Source: Zootoca vivipara (taxonomy: Eukaryota). Taken from it: DNA of 64,000 bases. The notes beneath the pieces were generated by a model. That model did no database searches. It was not told where the DNA came from and saw nothing but the letters and a program-made list of their open reading frames with translations. Below, in pieces: positions 50,748 to 64,000 of the stretch; positions within the stretch are counted from its first letter, which is position 1; every line of letters begins with the position of its first letter. Location of the stretch: assembly GCF_963506605.1 (NCBI RefSeq), contig NC_083292.1:34534001-34598000 (forward strand), given 5' to 3'. The position numbers were made by a program, and so were the translations under genes.

Positions 50748-51052
50748 AACAGCAATGGCTTTCAAAATGAGTGTTTCTGTTCCCTGCTGGTGCCCCTTGA
50801 AACTGCTTCCCCCCCTGCCAATGCGTTCAATCCCAGCTCAGTTTGGTTCCTAGCGCCACTTCACTGTCTTTTCTTCCTCCTTGCAGGACGACACCTCCTG
50901 AACCCAAATCCCTCGGGGGTGTCCAAAAACCGGCGGGGAATGAAGATGATGGTAGCAGCTTGAGGGATCCCTCCGCTGACTTGCACGGTGGTTAAGCACA
51001 AGGGCTTTGTGGGCACAGCCTGGAGTTGGCTCGGAAGCCCTGCACCGGAGCG

Positions 51053-54000
51053 ATGGCCGCCGAGTTGAGGCCCGAGACGCAGCTGGAAGAGATGGTGTGG
51101 GAGCCTTACGCCCATGTGGTGGCTCTCCGCTCCGCCACGGGTTTGGAGGTGAAGCTGGGCTCTTTGGCTCTGCTGCTGGTGGTCACCCTCTTGTGTGGGT
51201 TCCTTCCTCTGTGGGTCTTCCGGCGGCCGGGAGCCACAACCAGCTCCTCAGGTAACAGGATGGTGAATTAGCCTTTGCGGACTCCTGTTTCAGTAGCGTG
51301 TGGGATGTAGGAATGACCCCCCCCCATGGCTAGTTAAGGCATGGAGAGGTCTTCTTGTAATCCGAGGGCCGCATTTCTTTCTGGGCGACCTTGCAGGGGC
51401 CACCTATCAATGGTGGGTGGAGCCAGAGGCAACAGTGTGGGGAGCAGTGAATGCAAATCTTACCTTTGTACAGTAGGCGATTTTCTACACTTTGGGGGCA
51501 CTGCTGTGCTAACCTTCCTCTTACCCCAGCCAGCCAAACAACATCTGCCTGCCTTTAATAGTAATAATAATAATAATAAAAATATTATTTATATTCCGTC
51601 CATCTGGCCGGGCCCCCCAGACACTTGGGCGGCTCCCAACAGAATTAAAAGCACAATAAAACATCAGACATTAAAAACTTCCCTAAACAGGGTTGCCTTC
51701 AGATGTCTTCTAAAAATCAGATAGTTGTTTGTTTCCTTGACATCTGATGGGAGGGCGTTCCACAGGGCGGGCGCCACCGCCGAGAAGGCCCTCTGCCTGG
51801 TTCCCTGTAACCTCGTTTCTCGCTGGGAGGGAACTGCCAGAAGGCCCTCGGAGCTGGACCTCAGTACTTAAAACCTGTCCACTGCCTCTCAGCTTCTTCC
51901 TCAGGCCATACATTGAAAGCGCCATGAAGCCGCTTTAAACAGTCATGGCTTCCCCCAAAGAATTCTGGGAGTTGCAATTTGTTACGGGAGCTGAGCGTTC
52001 TAAGGAGCCCGCTGTTCCCCTCCCGGAGCTAAAGTTCCCAGAGTAGTTTAGCAGCCATAGTGGGGTAGGAGAGCTGAAAATAATGCCAATATATTTCACA
52101 CCTGGGAACCAATGCGTCCCTTTGTTTTCAGATAGTACACAAGTCTAAAAAGCCTGGGGCACAAATCTCCACGGCCCTTTAGCTGGGGATGGAACCGAGA
52201 GACTCTTGCAAGCGCTCCATCACTGACCTATGGCCCTCTCCTTGGAAATAAAGTTCCTGGTCCTCATGGGTTCTGAGCAAATGGCTGGTTTTAAATATCA
52301 ACAGAAGAAGCTGTCTTATATTACGCTAGAGCAGGCATAGGCAAACTCGGCCCTCCTGATGTTTTTGGGACTACAATTCCCATCATCCCTGACCACTGGT
52401 CTTGTTAGCTAGGGATGATGGGAGTTGTAGTCCCCAAACATCTGGAGGGCCGAGTTTGCCTATGCCTGCGCTAGAGCATGGCTCCATTTAGCTCAGTATT
52501 GTGGGTTTTAGCCAGGGAGTCTTTCTCAACCATATCTGGAGTTCCCGGGGATTGAACCTTGGGCTCTGCCGCTCGGCTACAGCTCTTTCCCCCAGCTGTT
52601 TTGCAATTCTTAGGCTTGGGGACTGGCACTTCCGCTTTATACATCCTAATTATTCCTTCTGTGTTTTAATTTGTTGGATGCTGCCCAGGGTGCCTGGGGC
52701 AACTTTTTTTATTTTCACAATAAATAATAATAATAATTAGTACTGCTAAGGCCACACCTTTAGCCCTTTAAATCTCTTTAAACAGTCATGGCTCCCTCTG
52801 AAGAACCCTGGGAAGTGTAGTTTGTTAAGGGTGCCGAGTGTTCTTAGGAGACTTCCTTATTCCCCTTACGGACCAACACTTCCCACAGCGTTTTCACAAT
52901 CGATCCCTCTTCCCGGGGAACTTGGAACTGTAGTTCTGGGTGGGGAATTAGGGGTGTCCCCTATCGGCTCTCCCTTAACAAACTACGCTTCCCAAGATTC
53001 TTTGGGGAAGCCATCATAGATTTGTAGAGTTGGAAGGGACCGCAAGGGCAATCTAGACAAGCCCCCTGCAATTTAGGAATCTTTTTGTCCCAACATGGGG
53101 CTTGAATCCATGACCCTGAGATTAAGAGTCTCCTGATACTGTTTTAAAAAGCATAGCCTTGTCAGATAGCTGTTGCCTGCGGCTTTCCGTAGCCCGATAT
53201 GAAGCAAGGCTAGGCTTGGCGATTTCAGACCAGCACTAAAATATTATTCTTCCCACTCGCCCCCAACCCCGGTATCTTTTCCTCTCTCCTATATCCTGCT
53301 CTGATGCTTCTTGCTCTCTCAACAGATTCCCGAAGGAAGGTTTTAAGCCTGGTGAGCTGTTTCGCTGGAGGTGTCTTCCTGGCTACGTGTCTCCTGGACT
53401 TGATCCCTGATTACCTGGCCGGTATTAATGAGGCCTTCAACAACTTGAGAGTCACGGTGAGCGAAGGCCCAGATTTTGCCACCAGTTATTTGTCTATTAT
53501 GAAAAGGATTTATATTGCGTTTACTCATCAAAAACGCTGAGTCTTTTACTGTTTGTTAGGGCTGGGTGATACCTGGTTTTCAACTTCATATCACCGGCTA
53601 AACATCGCGATATATTGATTTATGGTGCTGTTTTTCTATTATTATTATTATTTATATCCCGCCCATCTGGCTGGGTTTCCCCCACCACTCTGGGCGGCTT
53701 CCAACAAATAGCAAAATACATTAAAATATCACAGATTAAAAACAGTTACATAAACAGTTTTGATCTCCCTTTGGTATCTCTTCCCCCACTATATCCAACA
53801 TAAAGGCTTCCGTTTTTTTAAAACAAAGGTGTTTTTATACATTTTCTTTAACTCATTATATATCATTTCCCAGTAAGCTTTTACCTCTCTGCAAGTCCAC
53901 CACATATGATAGAAACTCCCTTCTTTTTCTTTACATTTCCAACACTCCTTATTTCTTGCTCTATACATTTTTGCAAGCTTAGTTGGTGTTAGATACCATC

Positions 54001-54832
54001 TATACATAATTTTCATCACATTTTCTTCTAGGGCACTGTAAGTTATCGCTGTACTTTGAATGTTTGGCATGCAAGTAAGTGTCCCCCATAGCAAACCTAT
54101 GCCTCCAACTCCGTGCTCACACCTATCCCTTCCTTTCCACAGCTCCATTTCCCCCTGCAAGAGTTCATCTTGGCCATGGGCTTCTTCCTAGTCCTGGTCC
54201 TGGAGCAGATCGTCCTGGCCTACAAAGACCCGGCGGGATCCCTGGAAGAGAACCAGGCCCTCCTTGGCTCGGCCGCGAACCCCTCTGCCTCCATCCAGGA
54301 CCACAGCTGGCCTGACGGGCCGCTGTTGCACCAGCACGGCCGGGACCGCCCCCACGTCCACGTAGACTTCAACGCCCACTCGGCCATCCGCTCGGTCGTC
54401 CTCCTCCTGGCCCTCTCGCTGCACTCCGTCTTCGAGGGGCTGGCTGTGGGGCTGCAGGAGGAGGGGGCCCAGGCGCTGGAGATCTGCCTGGCCCTGCTGA
54501 TCCACAAGGGCGTCATCGCCTTCAGCCTCAGCCTCAAGCTCCTGCAGGGGCGGCTACGCCCCCGCGTGGTGGCGGCCTGCCTTGTCCTCTTCGCCATCAT
54601 GTCCCCCCTGGGCATCGGGCTGGGCGTGGTGCTGACGGAGACCCCCGTGGCAGCCCTCCACCAGCTGTCACGCTGCGTCCTCGAGGGCCTGGCCACCGGC
54701 ACCTTTGTGTACATCACCTTCCTGGAGATCCTGCCCCACGAGCTCAACTCCTCTGAGCAGCGCATCCTCAAAGTCATTGTCCTCCTGGCAGGTTTTGCAC
54801 TCGTCACCAGCATCCTGTTCATCAAGATCTGA
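51053..54832 (+). CDS. SLC39A1: Zinc transporter ZIP1; coding exons 51053-51251, 53326-53456, 54143-54832
   Basis: Phases are consistent (1020 nt, 339 aa). GLEVKLGSL, LSLVSCFAGGVFLATCLLDL, FPLQEFILAMGFF, dileucine ENQALL, ZIP signature ALSLHSVFEGLAVGLQ, IHKG and TFVYITFLEILPHEL. Exon acceptor at 50886/50887. Lies between CREB3L4 and CRTC2 as in human. Confidence 0.93.
52332..52468. mobile_element. URR1-like hAT MITE
   Basis: Palindromic; perfect TSD cgctagag. Confidence 0.85.
53790..54070 (-). mobile_element. L1 ORF2 C-terminal fragment
   Basis: KIMYRWYLTPTKLAKMY...CWKCKEKEGSFYHMWWTC (CCHC knuckle). Confidence 0.8.
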
Positions 54833-57800
54833 GGAGGAGGAGGAGGAGCATGGGTATGGTTGGGTGGGTGAAGAGATGCCCTCGATCTGTGTCCTAAGTT
54901 CACTCACGGATCCCTTCGGACCCAAACCGCGCAGGGCTTTGACTTTCAGAAACTCGAGGGAGGAGGTTGAACCCAAGGCAGGCAAGCAATAATTTTAACA
55001 GACATCCCCAACGCTCTCCATTCAGAGGCAAAAATAGCAGAAAACAGAGACAGTCCGGTGACATGGAGAGGGCGACAACACACACACGCTATTCCTGTTA
55101 TGTTATCCCCTCCAGAATTCATCCTACTCTGTGGATTTCCCCCTGCTGTGGGGTTCCTATACGTTAGAACCCAGGTCCAAAACTTGAGATAGACAGGCTT
55201 ATCTCCTTTTTAAAGATTCTACCCCCTTCCTCTGAAAATAGGAACGCTGTTTTAGACCTGCCCTCTGACTGCTCCCACAATCTCAGGCTGTGCTCTAGTC
55301 CTGCTTGCCTGGGGCAACTGCAGTTGGGCGCAAGGTCAGAGTGGTCTGGTGGGGTGTTAAGTGCTCACACCCTCTTGTGAGTACATAGCTATGAAAATAT
55401 AACCATGGCCAAATTTGGCGTGGGGGTGGCGGCTTGATAATCCTTCCCTGGGTTTTAAGAATTTAAGCAGGTCTCTGAAACGGGCAGTCTGGCTTTATCT
55501 GTCGTCCTCTGCATGCTGGAGCAAGGGGGGAGAGTTCGAATGCTGTGCCCTGGGGGAATAACAACACAACTGTTGTGCGATTGGAATATCGTTGCACCGG
55601 CTGGTCGCATGGTCTTTCGAGCAACTGAGTGGTCACCACCCCTCCTTATGCGTTTCCTTGCACAACAACACCCTTTCTGGTGTGGTTGATACCGCAAAGT
55701 TAATGTACCCAGGACTCTTGCTGTATGCAACCCTTTGCCATGTTTCACAAATCAGTGTGTGTATCTTTTAAAAACAAAAACAAATCTGGTTTTCTGGTGC
55801 CAAAATACCTCTCTGCCACCTCCACAGCTTGTTAACCGTCTTGCCTTAAAATGTTGGTGCCTTGACTGTTTCAAAAGGGCTCACCAACCGTAGTGTGTGT
55901 GTGTGTGTGTGTTTTGTACCGTGTGGTTGGTTGGGTTGAGTGAGTCAAACACTTTTTACATTTTGGTTGCCTCCTTTCCTTGACCAGCCAAGCACTTTGC
56001 AGGGGAACATTTCGGGGCCACCTTTGGTGTTGTTTTTTTTTGGGGGGGGCGACTCTTGCAATTCCTGTCTTAAGTGCCAAAGGTTTTTTTTTCTCACCTG
56101 CCCGGGGTGGGGTGGGGCAATTCTGTGGATTTTGCTCAAGTGAAAGTTGTGCAAAACGAGTGTTGTGGATCAACTGACGCAGACACAGCTTTTATTGGGG
56201 AAATGATTCTCTTCCATTGAAGCATGTGAGGCTGAGAGAGACAAATGTAAAATAGCTGTGTTCGTGAATCTGCTGTAAGCTTGCTTGATGCAGAGAGAAT
56301 CATCTAGGAGGTATCTTTCATTAAACTGACATGTTTTAGAATCAACCTGCTGGCGTCTATATTTTTGAGTTGCGCAGAAGCATTTTGCCAGGCCAAAGTG
56401 CAGAACGTTGGTTGTGTGTCTGTGAATCTTGTTCTGTTAATCAGGGATGAGGAATCTTTGATCCATGCAAGTTTTTGCACTGCAACTTACGTCAGTTCTA
56501 GTCGGGGATGACGGGTGTTGTATCCAGCAAGACCTTGCGAACTGCAGGTTCCCTGTTCCTGTATTAACAGGAGGTTAAACTCATGGGCCTGATGTAAACA
56601 GAACATAGACCTATGTTTGGTGCATGAGAAATTGGGCAAAAGACTCTTGCATTGCATTGGGTTGGCATACCTGGGTGGGGTGGGGTGGTGGTGGTCTATG
56701 ATTATGTTAGCCAGCAACTGTAAATTTCCATAGGGGTCCGCCCCTGTTGAATTTCAGAACCGGGTCGTTTCTGGGCTAGTGTAAGGGCCCCAAGCTCTGG
56801 AATTACCACAAGTGTGGAGCTGCAGCCACAGGCCTTTGCAGGGTCCAGTTGAGATGACTACAGACAAAAAACAACTGAGACGTTGAACTCGGAACAAATT
56901 TCCCCAGGCATAAAATAGGTTATGTTTTCATTTTAAAAGTGGAACTTCAGTGATCAGACCACCTCCCTTGATTGCATTAAGGCGTTTGCGAATGCTCGGT
57001 ACCGATTGCTTGTTGACTTGAGCAGCTTTTGTTTTTAAACCGTTTCCTGTCTCTCGGAGGCTGGCGGGCACTTGAGACGCCCACGACCCAAGCCGTTTTT
57101 GCTGGCTGGAAAATACTCGGGGGCGGCGGGTGGAAACGAAAGCAGCTTCGACATCCAGAGCGGTTTTTAAACGGAGGTTCCGCATACAGTTTCTTAACTT
57201 GGCGTATAGCAGTCGCCGTCCCGTTTCCCCCCCCAAAATATCCACCGCTCTGGACCCTCCTTCCCATGTGCACAGCACTGCAAGGGATTTTGGAAGGGTG
57301 AGAATGAGAAACGGATGTCTCGTATATGCCTTGAAAATGCCCTCCCTTCCCTGTGGCTATTTTTTGGCGAAGATGACAGGCCGGCTCCATCAGGTCTCCT
57401 CTCCCTTCAGTCAGTAGAGCATCAAATCTCGGAATCATAGAGTTGGAAGGTACCCCCAAGGGTCATCTAGTCCAACCCCCTGGGATGCAGGAATATCAAC
57501 TAAAGCATCCAGGACAGATGGCCATCCAACCTCTGCTTAGAAACCTCCAAGGAGTCCACAACCTCTCATGGGCAGTGACAGAAACTGAGAAACGAAAGCT
57601 AGGAGCTAAATGGCACCTTAAACCTGGAATATCTAGGCACTTTTTTATAACAAGAATACAAAGCTGAAAATGAATGAACTGTAGCTAAAGCATGTTCATT
57701 TTTCATATGGTCTAGTCCAGGGGTGCCCAAACTTTTTCCAAAGACGGCCAGATTTGATGAAGTGAACATGCGTGAGATATACTGCCACGGGGGCCGGATT

Positions 57801-60800
57801 AGGCCCTCGAAATGGACTTTGGACATGCCTGGTCTAGTCCTTCCCCTGCCCACCCCCTAATATTCTTAAGAGGGTCTCTTCTCCAGTCTTCAGAGAGTAG
57901 CTAGAAGTGGGGAGGCAGAAAAAAGTCCTCCCCTTCCACCATGCAGTTTTAATCTGAAATCTCAGGCGCAGTACTGTGTCCAGAGCTCAGAAACGGCTTA
58001 TGCTGATGACATTCCCTGTCGCAAAATGCGCCTAGAACAATGGGAGTTTCGAACACTGTTCACGGGAGTCTATTCCACTGTCAAACAGCTCTTAGTGTCA
58101 GCCCTTCCTGTTTAGTCAGAATCTCCTTTCTTGTAACTTGAACGTTGGCTGAAGTCCAGTCCTCCAGAGCAGAAGCTTGCTCCATGGGATTTTTAATCTC
58201 AGCATCATGGGTTTGAGTCCCACATTGGGCGAAAAATTTCTACATTGCAGGGGGTTGGACTAGATGACCCTTGGGGGTCCCTTTCCAACTTTACAATTCC
58301 ATGATTCAGGAGAGCTGAGGAGAGTTCGTCCCATCAGCTTTCCCAAAAGAGCAGCTGCACCAGGCACCTCCTAGCCTTCAACAGTAGAAGCTGGCCTTCA
58401 TGAGAACAACTGTTTAAGAATTGGTGCCCAAGTTTGATAATTCTTGTTTTGTTTAAAAATGTTAAGCCTGCAGGGCAGGACTGTTTTGTTATAACTGGTT
58501 GAACACAAGCCACTCGGGGAGCCTTTCTGGCTGAAGAACGGAATACAAATACTCAGAATAAATAAGATGGGTTGACCAATCTCCCGGGGAAGGAATCCCC
58601 ATTTTAAGTTTCCAAGGATGCTGTGGTTCTGCCAAGATGCCGTTTCCAAAGCCGCATTTACGCTATCCAACAAGGCTGGCTCTTTGGTTGGGTTTGACCT
58701 GTGAAGAATGGGATGGGTTGGGTGGCTTGCAGCAATTATTTTGCCTTCTCCGTTTTGCCATTGGCCAAGCACCACCAGTTGGCTGCTTTGACGTTCTTTC
58801 TTTGCGGCAGTTTTTGGGATTTTTCTACGCAGAGGGTCTTGATGAAAGGATGTGGGCGGCGGGCAAGCGGAATCCTTCCTTCGCACGGAGCCCTTGGAAT
58901 AAATGCTCCCTTGCATTCCTTTCTCGCCAGATGAAAACACGGATGGGTCTGACCGTGCCAAATTGCTTAATGAGATGGGAATGGAGCGGCCCAAAGAAAA
59001 GGCTTTTTACTCCACCCACAGTGTGTCTGTTTCTCCCATGCTGCCTTCATTAAAACACAGCTTTCTTCTGTGAAATTTCTGTTGAGTCCATGGACTTGGT
59101 AGTGAGAAAGCAGAACGGCCTGTAAAGGAGTGAGCGGGTTGGTGGTGCTAAAATCTCTTCTAGGGAAGAAACTGAAGGCTTGTATCCAATGGTAATCCTA
59201 CTTGGAGCAAGTCAAATTAATGGGCTTGACCATGTGTGTTAGATCGTAGAATCTGAAGGGACCCCATGGGTCATCTAGTCCAACCCTCTGCGATGTAGGA
59301 ATCTCAGCTAAATCATCCATGACAGATGGCAATCCAACCTCTGCTTTTAAAAAGTTTAAAGCAGTGTCATGTCACTTTAAAGTCAGGGCTCCCCCCCCCA
59401 AAAAAATTGGGCACCGTACTGTATTTTGCTATAAGTGTTAGGAGAACCTATTCCCGTGTTACAATTCTGTGGGTTTCCTGGGAAGTGTTGAACCACTCTG
59501 GGAAATGCAGCCCTAAAAACACTCAGCACCCGCAGCAAACTACAATTCCCAGGATTCTTTGGTGGAAGCCATGACAGTGGTATAGTACAGATGGTGCCTT
59601 GGTCATGTCTACTAATTTCAGTGGGACTACTCTGGGTAGGACTCACATTAGATAAAATGCTATAGGTCCACTTAGCTGGATCCAACCCTTGTTACGCAGG
59701 GGTGAATGTGGAATTCATTTTGGGTGTAGAACTGGGCATCTCTGAACACCGCGCCATCCGCTTGTGTTGTGGCTTTCTGTTTCGTTAAAAACACACACAC
59801 AAAGAGGTGAAGTTCCCAGTCCTTAAGATTTTGGGAAATATGTTTAGGCTCCAGCCCGAAGGAAATTGAACAGGGCCCCTGAGGTGGCGCTTCAGAACTC
59901 AGCTGAGCTCCTTGTTCCTGATCACCTTCCCAAAGAATGGTAGAACAAAGTATTACTATTTTTTTGCTATGATGAAAATCTATCTCATTTTGGGAGTGGG
60001 GGCATAGCCATTGAGTGAGATGGCTATGCCCCCACTGTGGCCACTGTCTTCAGGGTGCTCACTTTCCTCTTCACAACAATCCTGCATGGTAGACTTAAGC
60101 TTGGAGACGGTGACCAGCCCCCAAACTTCCCTGGGAGTTTTCCAAATTGCCAAGGAAGGGTTTTGGCAGCATGTCCTGGCTGCTGCTCCTCTGCACGGGC
60201 CGTCCTGTCCTCCTCCTGCACTTTCCTAGGTCGTCTGCCGCACAATCAGATACGTGCCTTGTTTGGCTTGCAATGTTCCAGTTCGTGTACTCTCTGGCGC
60301 GTCCTGGCCTTGGGGCAGATGCTGTTCCTGCCGTCCCTGGCTTTTCGGCTGCTCTCGCCTCTGCAAGCAGGATCTGTGCTGATCCCCTTTGCCTTTGCAA
60401 TCTGCTCGTTTTCCAGCTTCCCTTTGAGCGAAATCCCCTCTGATTTTTAATCCTTTAATGCTGTTTGCAAGCACGTTTCTGCGAGGTTCCTCCTCCCCCT
60501 CCTTTATATAAAGTTCTGCTGGGTGGGGAACCCCAGGCCCAGTGAGCCAAGGGTGGCCCTCCGAGCCTTTCTATCTGGCCCTTGGAATATTTCCCAGGCC
60601 ACACCCCCTCTTCCCAAGCCATGCCCCTCACTGGCCCTGCTTCCTATCTCAAAGTGTGTTTGCCTGTCCTTGAAATCTGATCTTACCTCTTGTACAGAAA
60701 AGTACAAGTTTTTTGTGCCAAAATGCATCACTTTACACTTGTTGAAGGCATCTCTGATGAAGGAACAGAAAGCAATAGTGCCTAAGGGTGATGTGGTTTG

Positions 60801-61080
60801 CAACGTAGGTGGAATTTTGACATTTCCATTTCTCTCTGCCTTATATTTATACGTATCTACTGTATATGTATCCACAAGTGATACAGAATAACAGCCACAA
60901 TGCCATTGTGATGTGAGACTACAACTTCCATCAGCGCCCACCAAGATCTTCAGGGGTAAGCGTTGTAGTTTGGCAACACCTGGAGCTCACCTTGTTGGCA
61001 ATGCCAGCTTTAAAGTAATATTTGTGAGCCACCCCAAAAACTCAAAAAAAGGCTAACTCCAAAACCCGCACTTGGCGATA

Positions 61081-61288
61081 CAGTGGTACCTCAGGTTACA
61101 AACGCTTCAGGTTACAGGCTAACCCAGAAATAGTACCTCGGGTTAAGAAGTTTGCTTCAGGGTGAGAACAGAAATCGCACAGTGGAGGAGCGGCAGCAGC
61201 AGGAGGCCCCATTAGCTAAAGTGGTGCTTCAGGTTAAGAACAGTTTCAGGTTAAGAACGGACCTCCAGAACAAATTAAGGTACCACTG
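61081..61288. mobile_element. Tigger-like MITE
   Basis: ta|cagtggtacct...aggtaccactg|ta; same family as 30604-31518. Confidence 0.78.
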
Positions 61289-62039
61289 TAGTTCTGAAGC
61301 TGGATGTTGTACTTTTCTGGTTTTTTAAATAAAAAATTAAAAAAGCTTGTGACACTGGTTGGTCCTAATATAGGTATTGCCCACCTGTGGATTTAGGTAA
61401 GTCAAGTGTCTAGAACTGCAGCCAGTGTTAGAAACTCGGATATATAAGCTAGGCACCAAATCGCACCTTAGCTCTAGGTTACAGTTGACACAACGGAATG
61501 TTTATTTGCTATGGGGATGGACTAGATGACCCTGGGGTCCCTTACAATGCGACAATGCTTGACTATAGCTTACTCTTACATTTCATTTGTCCCAACATGC
61601 AAGAAAAAGCAGCACACACAATGGAAATTGAATTAACTATGGACAAAGGCAGAGGTTTTTACACTGTGGTCGCCAACCCGGCGCCCAAAAATCTTCATGT
61701 AATTGCAACTGGATCCGTGCCAGTAGCGAAACCCGCCTGCGGAATTTCGAACACCGATTGCAGCCTGTGTCTATAAGTCTCTACTTGTTGTTTGGGACTT
61801 GTTTCGTTAGATGGGTATACAGAAGTGAAAAAAGAAAACCAATTATTTAAGAAAAACGCACTTTGCACATGCTCAGCGGCACGCCCGCGTCATTTCTTTG
61901 AAATTGACCTCACAAATGTAATCTGTGATAATAATTTATACAGCACTTACATGCCCAAAGGAGCTTCTAAATCGGCCCAAAGGAGCTTCTAAAATCAATA
62001 TCATTACGTTTCTAACCCCGCACCAAATTAAAGTATGCG

Positions 62040-62420
62040 CCAATCTCCTCAGGAGGGGCGGGGGCACCCAAAGCCGAGTCCGCGCGGCGCATGGCGGGAG
62101 AGGTAGTTCCCGCTGCCCCTGTTTGGGCCGGCGCCTTATGGCCGAAAGGACTCCACTTCCCGTCGTCCCTTGCGGCGGAGCGTTCTCACCCCTTCCATCG
62201 CCCGCGAGGGGCGCGCCGGGAACCGTAGTCTCGCCGCCTTTCCTCGGCCGCGCGCGCCCCATGTCGGTGAGGCAAGTAAACAAACTCGCTCTCCCGTCGT
62301 GCCCCGCGGCCGAGCGCAGAGAGGGAGGGAAGGCCGCGGCCCCGCCGCTCCTCTCACGGGCCAGGGAGGGTTGTGAGGAGGAGGAGGCGGAGGAGGCGGC
62401 GGCGGAGGACCAAGATGGCG
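62040..62420 (+). promoter_or_regulatory. CRTC2 CpG-island promoter/5'UTR
   Basis: CCAAT, GC box ggggcgggg, ETS-like cacttcc, and YY1 CAAGATGGCGGC over the start codon. Confidence 0.65.
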
Positions 62421-62657
62421 GCATCGGGCTCCGGGGCCGCGGCGGCGGCGGCTGCGGGAGCCGGACCGGGCTCCTCCTCCTCGTCGTCGGGCGGCGCTGC
62501 GGCCGCGGGGGGCGTCGTGGGTGCGTCGGCCGCGGCAGCCGCCGCCGCGGCGTCCAACCCCCGCAAGTTCAGCGAGAAGATCGCGCTGCAGAAGCAGCGG
62601 CAGGCCGAGGAGACGGCGGCCTTCGAGGAGGTGATGATGGAGCTGGGCACCACACGG
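62415..62657 (+). CDS. CRTC2: CREB-regulated transcription coactivator 2, first coding exon (gene continues beyond window)
   Basis: MAASGSG...[36 protein letters not shown] followed by donor GTAAGG. The ALQKQRQ variant and synteny indicate CRTC2. Confidence 0.92.
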
Positions 62658-64000
62658 GTAAGGAGGACGAGGAGGGAGAACGGAACGGGGGGCGGGGAAT
62701 GTGAGGGCAAAAGGCCGCCTCCCTGCCCGCCTGCCCCTCGGCCGGTCCGTCCCTGAGGGGGCGCTGCGGAGGAATGGGGGAACCGACTTCCGGTGAGGGG
62801 CAGATATACGGGGGAAGCGACATCCGGTCTTGGGGGGGGGAGAGAACGGGGTGGGAAGGGAGCCAATGACGGGGCACCGACTTGGGAAGGGGAGGGCGTG
62901 GATTGGTTGAGGTCCTGGGGTGCAGCATCAGTTAAGGATGGGTGTGAAGATGGGGCGAGGGGGGAACCGGGGTGGTGGGGAGCCAATGGCAGAGTTGGAG
63001 AGCGTGGATTGGACTAGGCGGGTGTGAGGTCATGGGGGGCACCCTCAGTTGAAGATGGGTGTGTGAGATAGGAGGGTGGTGGTAATGACATTGGGTCTCT
63101 TGGTTGAAGAGTTGGGGTGGAAGTGTGTAAATGGGTGAAAGGGAGAGGTGGGGGGGCTTTTTTGGGGGTCATGGGGGTCATAAAGGGAGGGGGTGCTGAG
63201 AGGAGGTCATGGAAGCGCCTTGGGGGAGATGGTGGTGGCTGTAAGGATGTGAATTGGAGAACAGAGTGTGTTGGGTGCTGTCTTATTTATCTACCAGTAT
63301 TTTCTAATAGATAAATAAGGATCTCAGGGAGGCCTGCGTGGGTCTCTTCCTCCACAATAACCCTGTGAGTTACCGGTAGGTTAGGCGGAGAGGCAGTGAC
63401 TGGCCCAAAATTACACAGTGAGCTTCATGGCCAAGTGGGGATTCACACCCTGGTCTCCCAAGTCTTAGTCTAACCCCTGCACCAGACTCCTTGCCTCAGT
63501 TCACACACTCCACCAACTGCATGCAACCTACCCACCCCCTGGAAGGTTACCCACTATATTTCTTATAGTGTATTCTCTTGCATTACAATTTGAATTCTGT
63601 GGAATCTCCAGTTCATTGCCCGATCGATGGAGTTCTGTGGAATTCAAATTGCAATATGATAAAATTTGTAAGAAATACTATTAAGGAATCATCCAGCATC
63701 CAGCATAGCACATTACAATTGCCACAACACGCAAGAAAGCCATTAAGTGGTCTGCTGAGACCCTGAGCCATTTTTAAGTGGTCTGCTGGGATGAAATGTT
63801 TGGAAACTGCTGGCTTAGGATGTAAATGAGGGTGGAACTGTCTGTAGGAGAGCAATGGCTTGAGAGTGGGTTGTGAATGAATCAGGTCATGGAGGGACCT
63901 TATCTAGGGGTATGGCCTACTGTATTTGAGGTGGGTGTCATTAGTGGGCTAACACAGTGTAGGGGAATTGTGGAAGAGTAGTATTCTCAGGGCTGAGGGT

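Noticed and set aside
54220-54903. 227-aa antisense ORF over SLC39A1 exon 4
   Set aside because: Shadow of GC3-rich coding sequence.
58398-59053. 198-aa and 138-aa ORFs between SLC39A1 and CRTC2
   Set aside because: No recognisable domain, non-ATG or weak starts, and no supporting exon structure.
61925-62986. Long ORFs (259, 210, 162 aa) over the CRTC2 CpG island
   Set aside because: Low-complexity products of stop-poor GC-rich DNA; only the 62415-62657 frame matches a known protein.

Overview
Squamate genomic DNA, probably a lacertid lizard judging from the Sauria/POM-type SINEs and BovB. The block is syntenic with human 1q21.3. Hand-assembled gene models: JTB (+, 5 exons, 142 aa), a CART prepropeptide paralogue (-, 3 exons, 109 aa) lying between JTB and CREB3L4, CREB3L4 (-, 9 coding exons, 428 aa), SLC39A1/ZIP1 (+, 3 coding exons, 339 aa, head-to-head with CREB3L4) and the first exon of CRTC2 (+). 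The most unexpected element is missing from the ORF track because it runs off the window edge. It is an uninterrupted hAT-transposase-derived ORF of at least 597 codons (1792 to <1, - strand). It keeps the zinc finger, D, D, CxxH and RW motifs but has lost the catalytic Glu, and it has a splice acceptor and a CpG island upstream, head-to-head with JTB. This makes it a candidate domesticated gene. Introns are dense in TEs: Sauria SINEs, BovB/RTE, L2, CR1, L1, a Penelope element with a minimal hammerhead ribozyme, two solo LTRs, and hAT and Tc1/mariner MITEs. Also present are RE1/REST motifs, a 77-bp CCAAT-box minisatellite and two N gaps (15534-15733, 38177-38316). All calls come from manual reading; no database searches were run.
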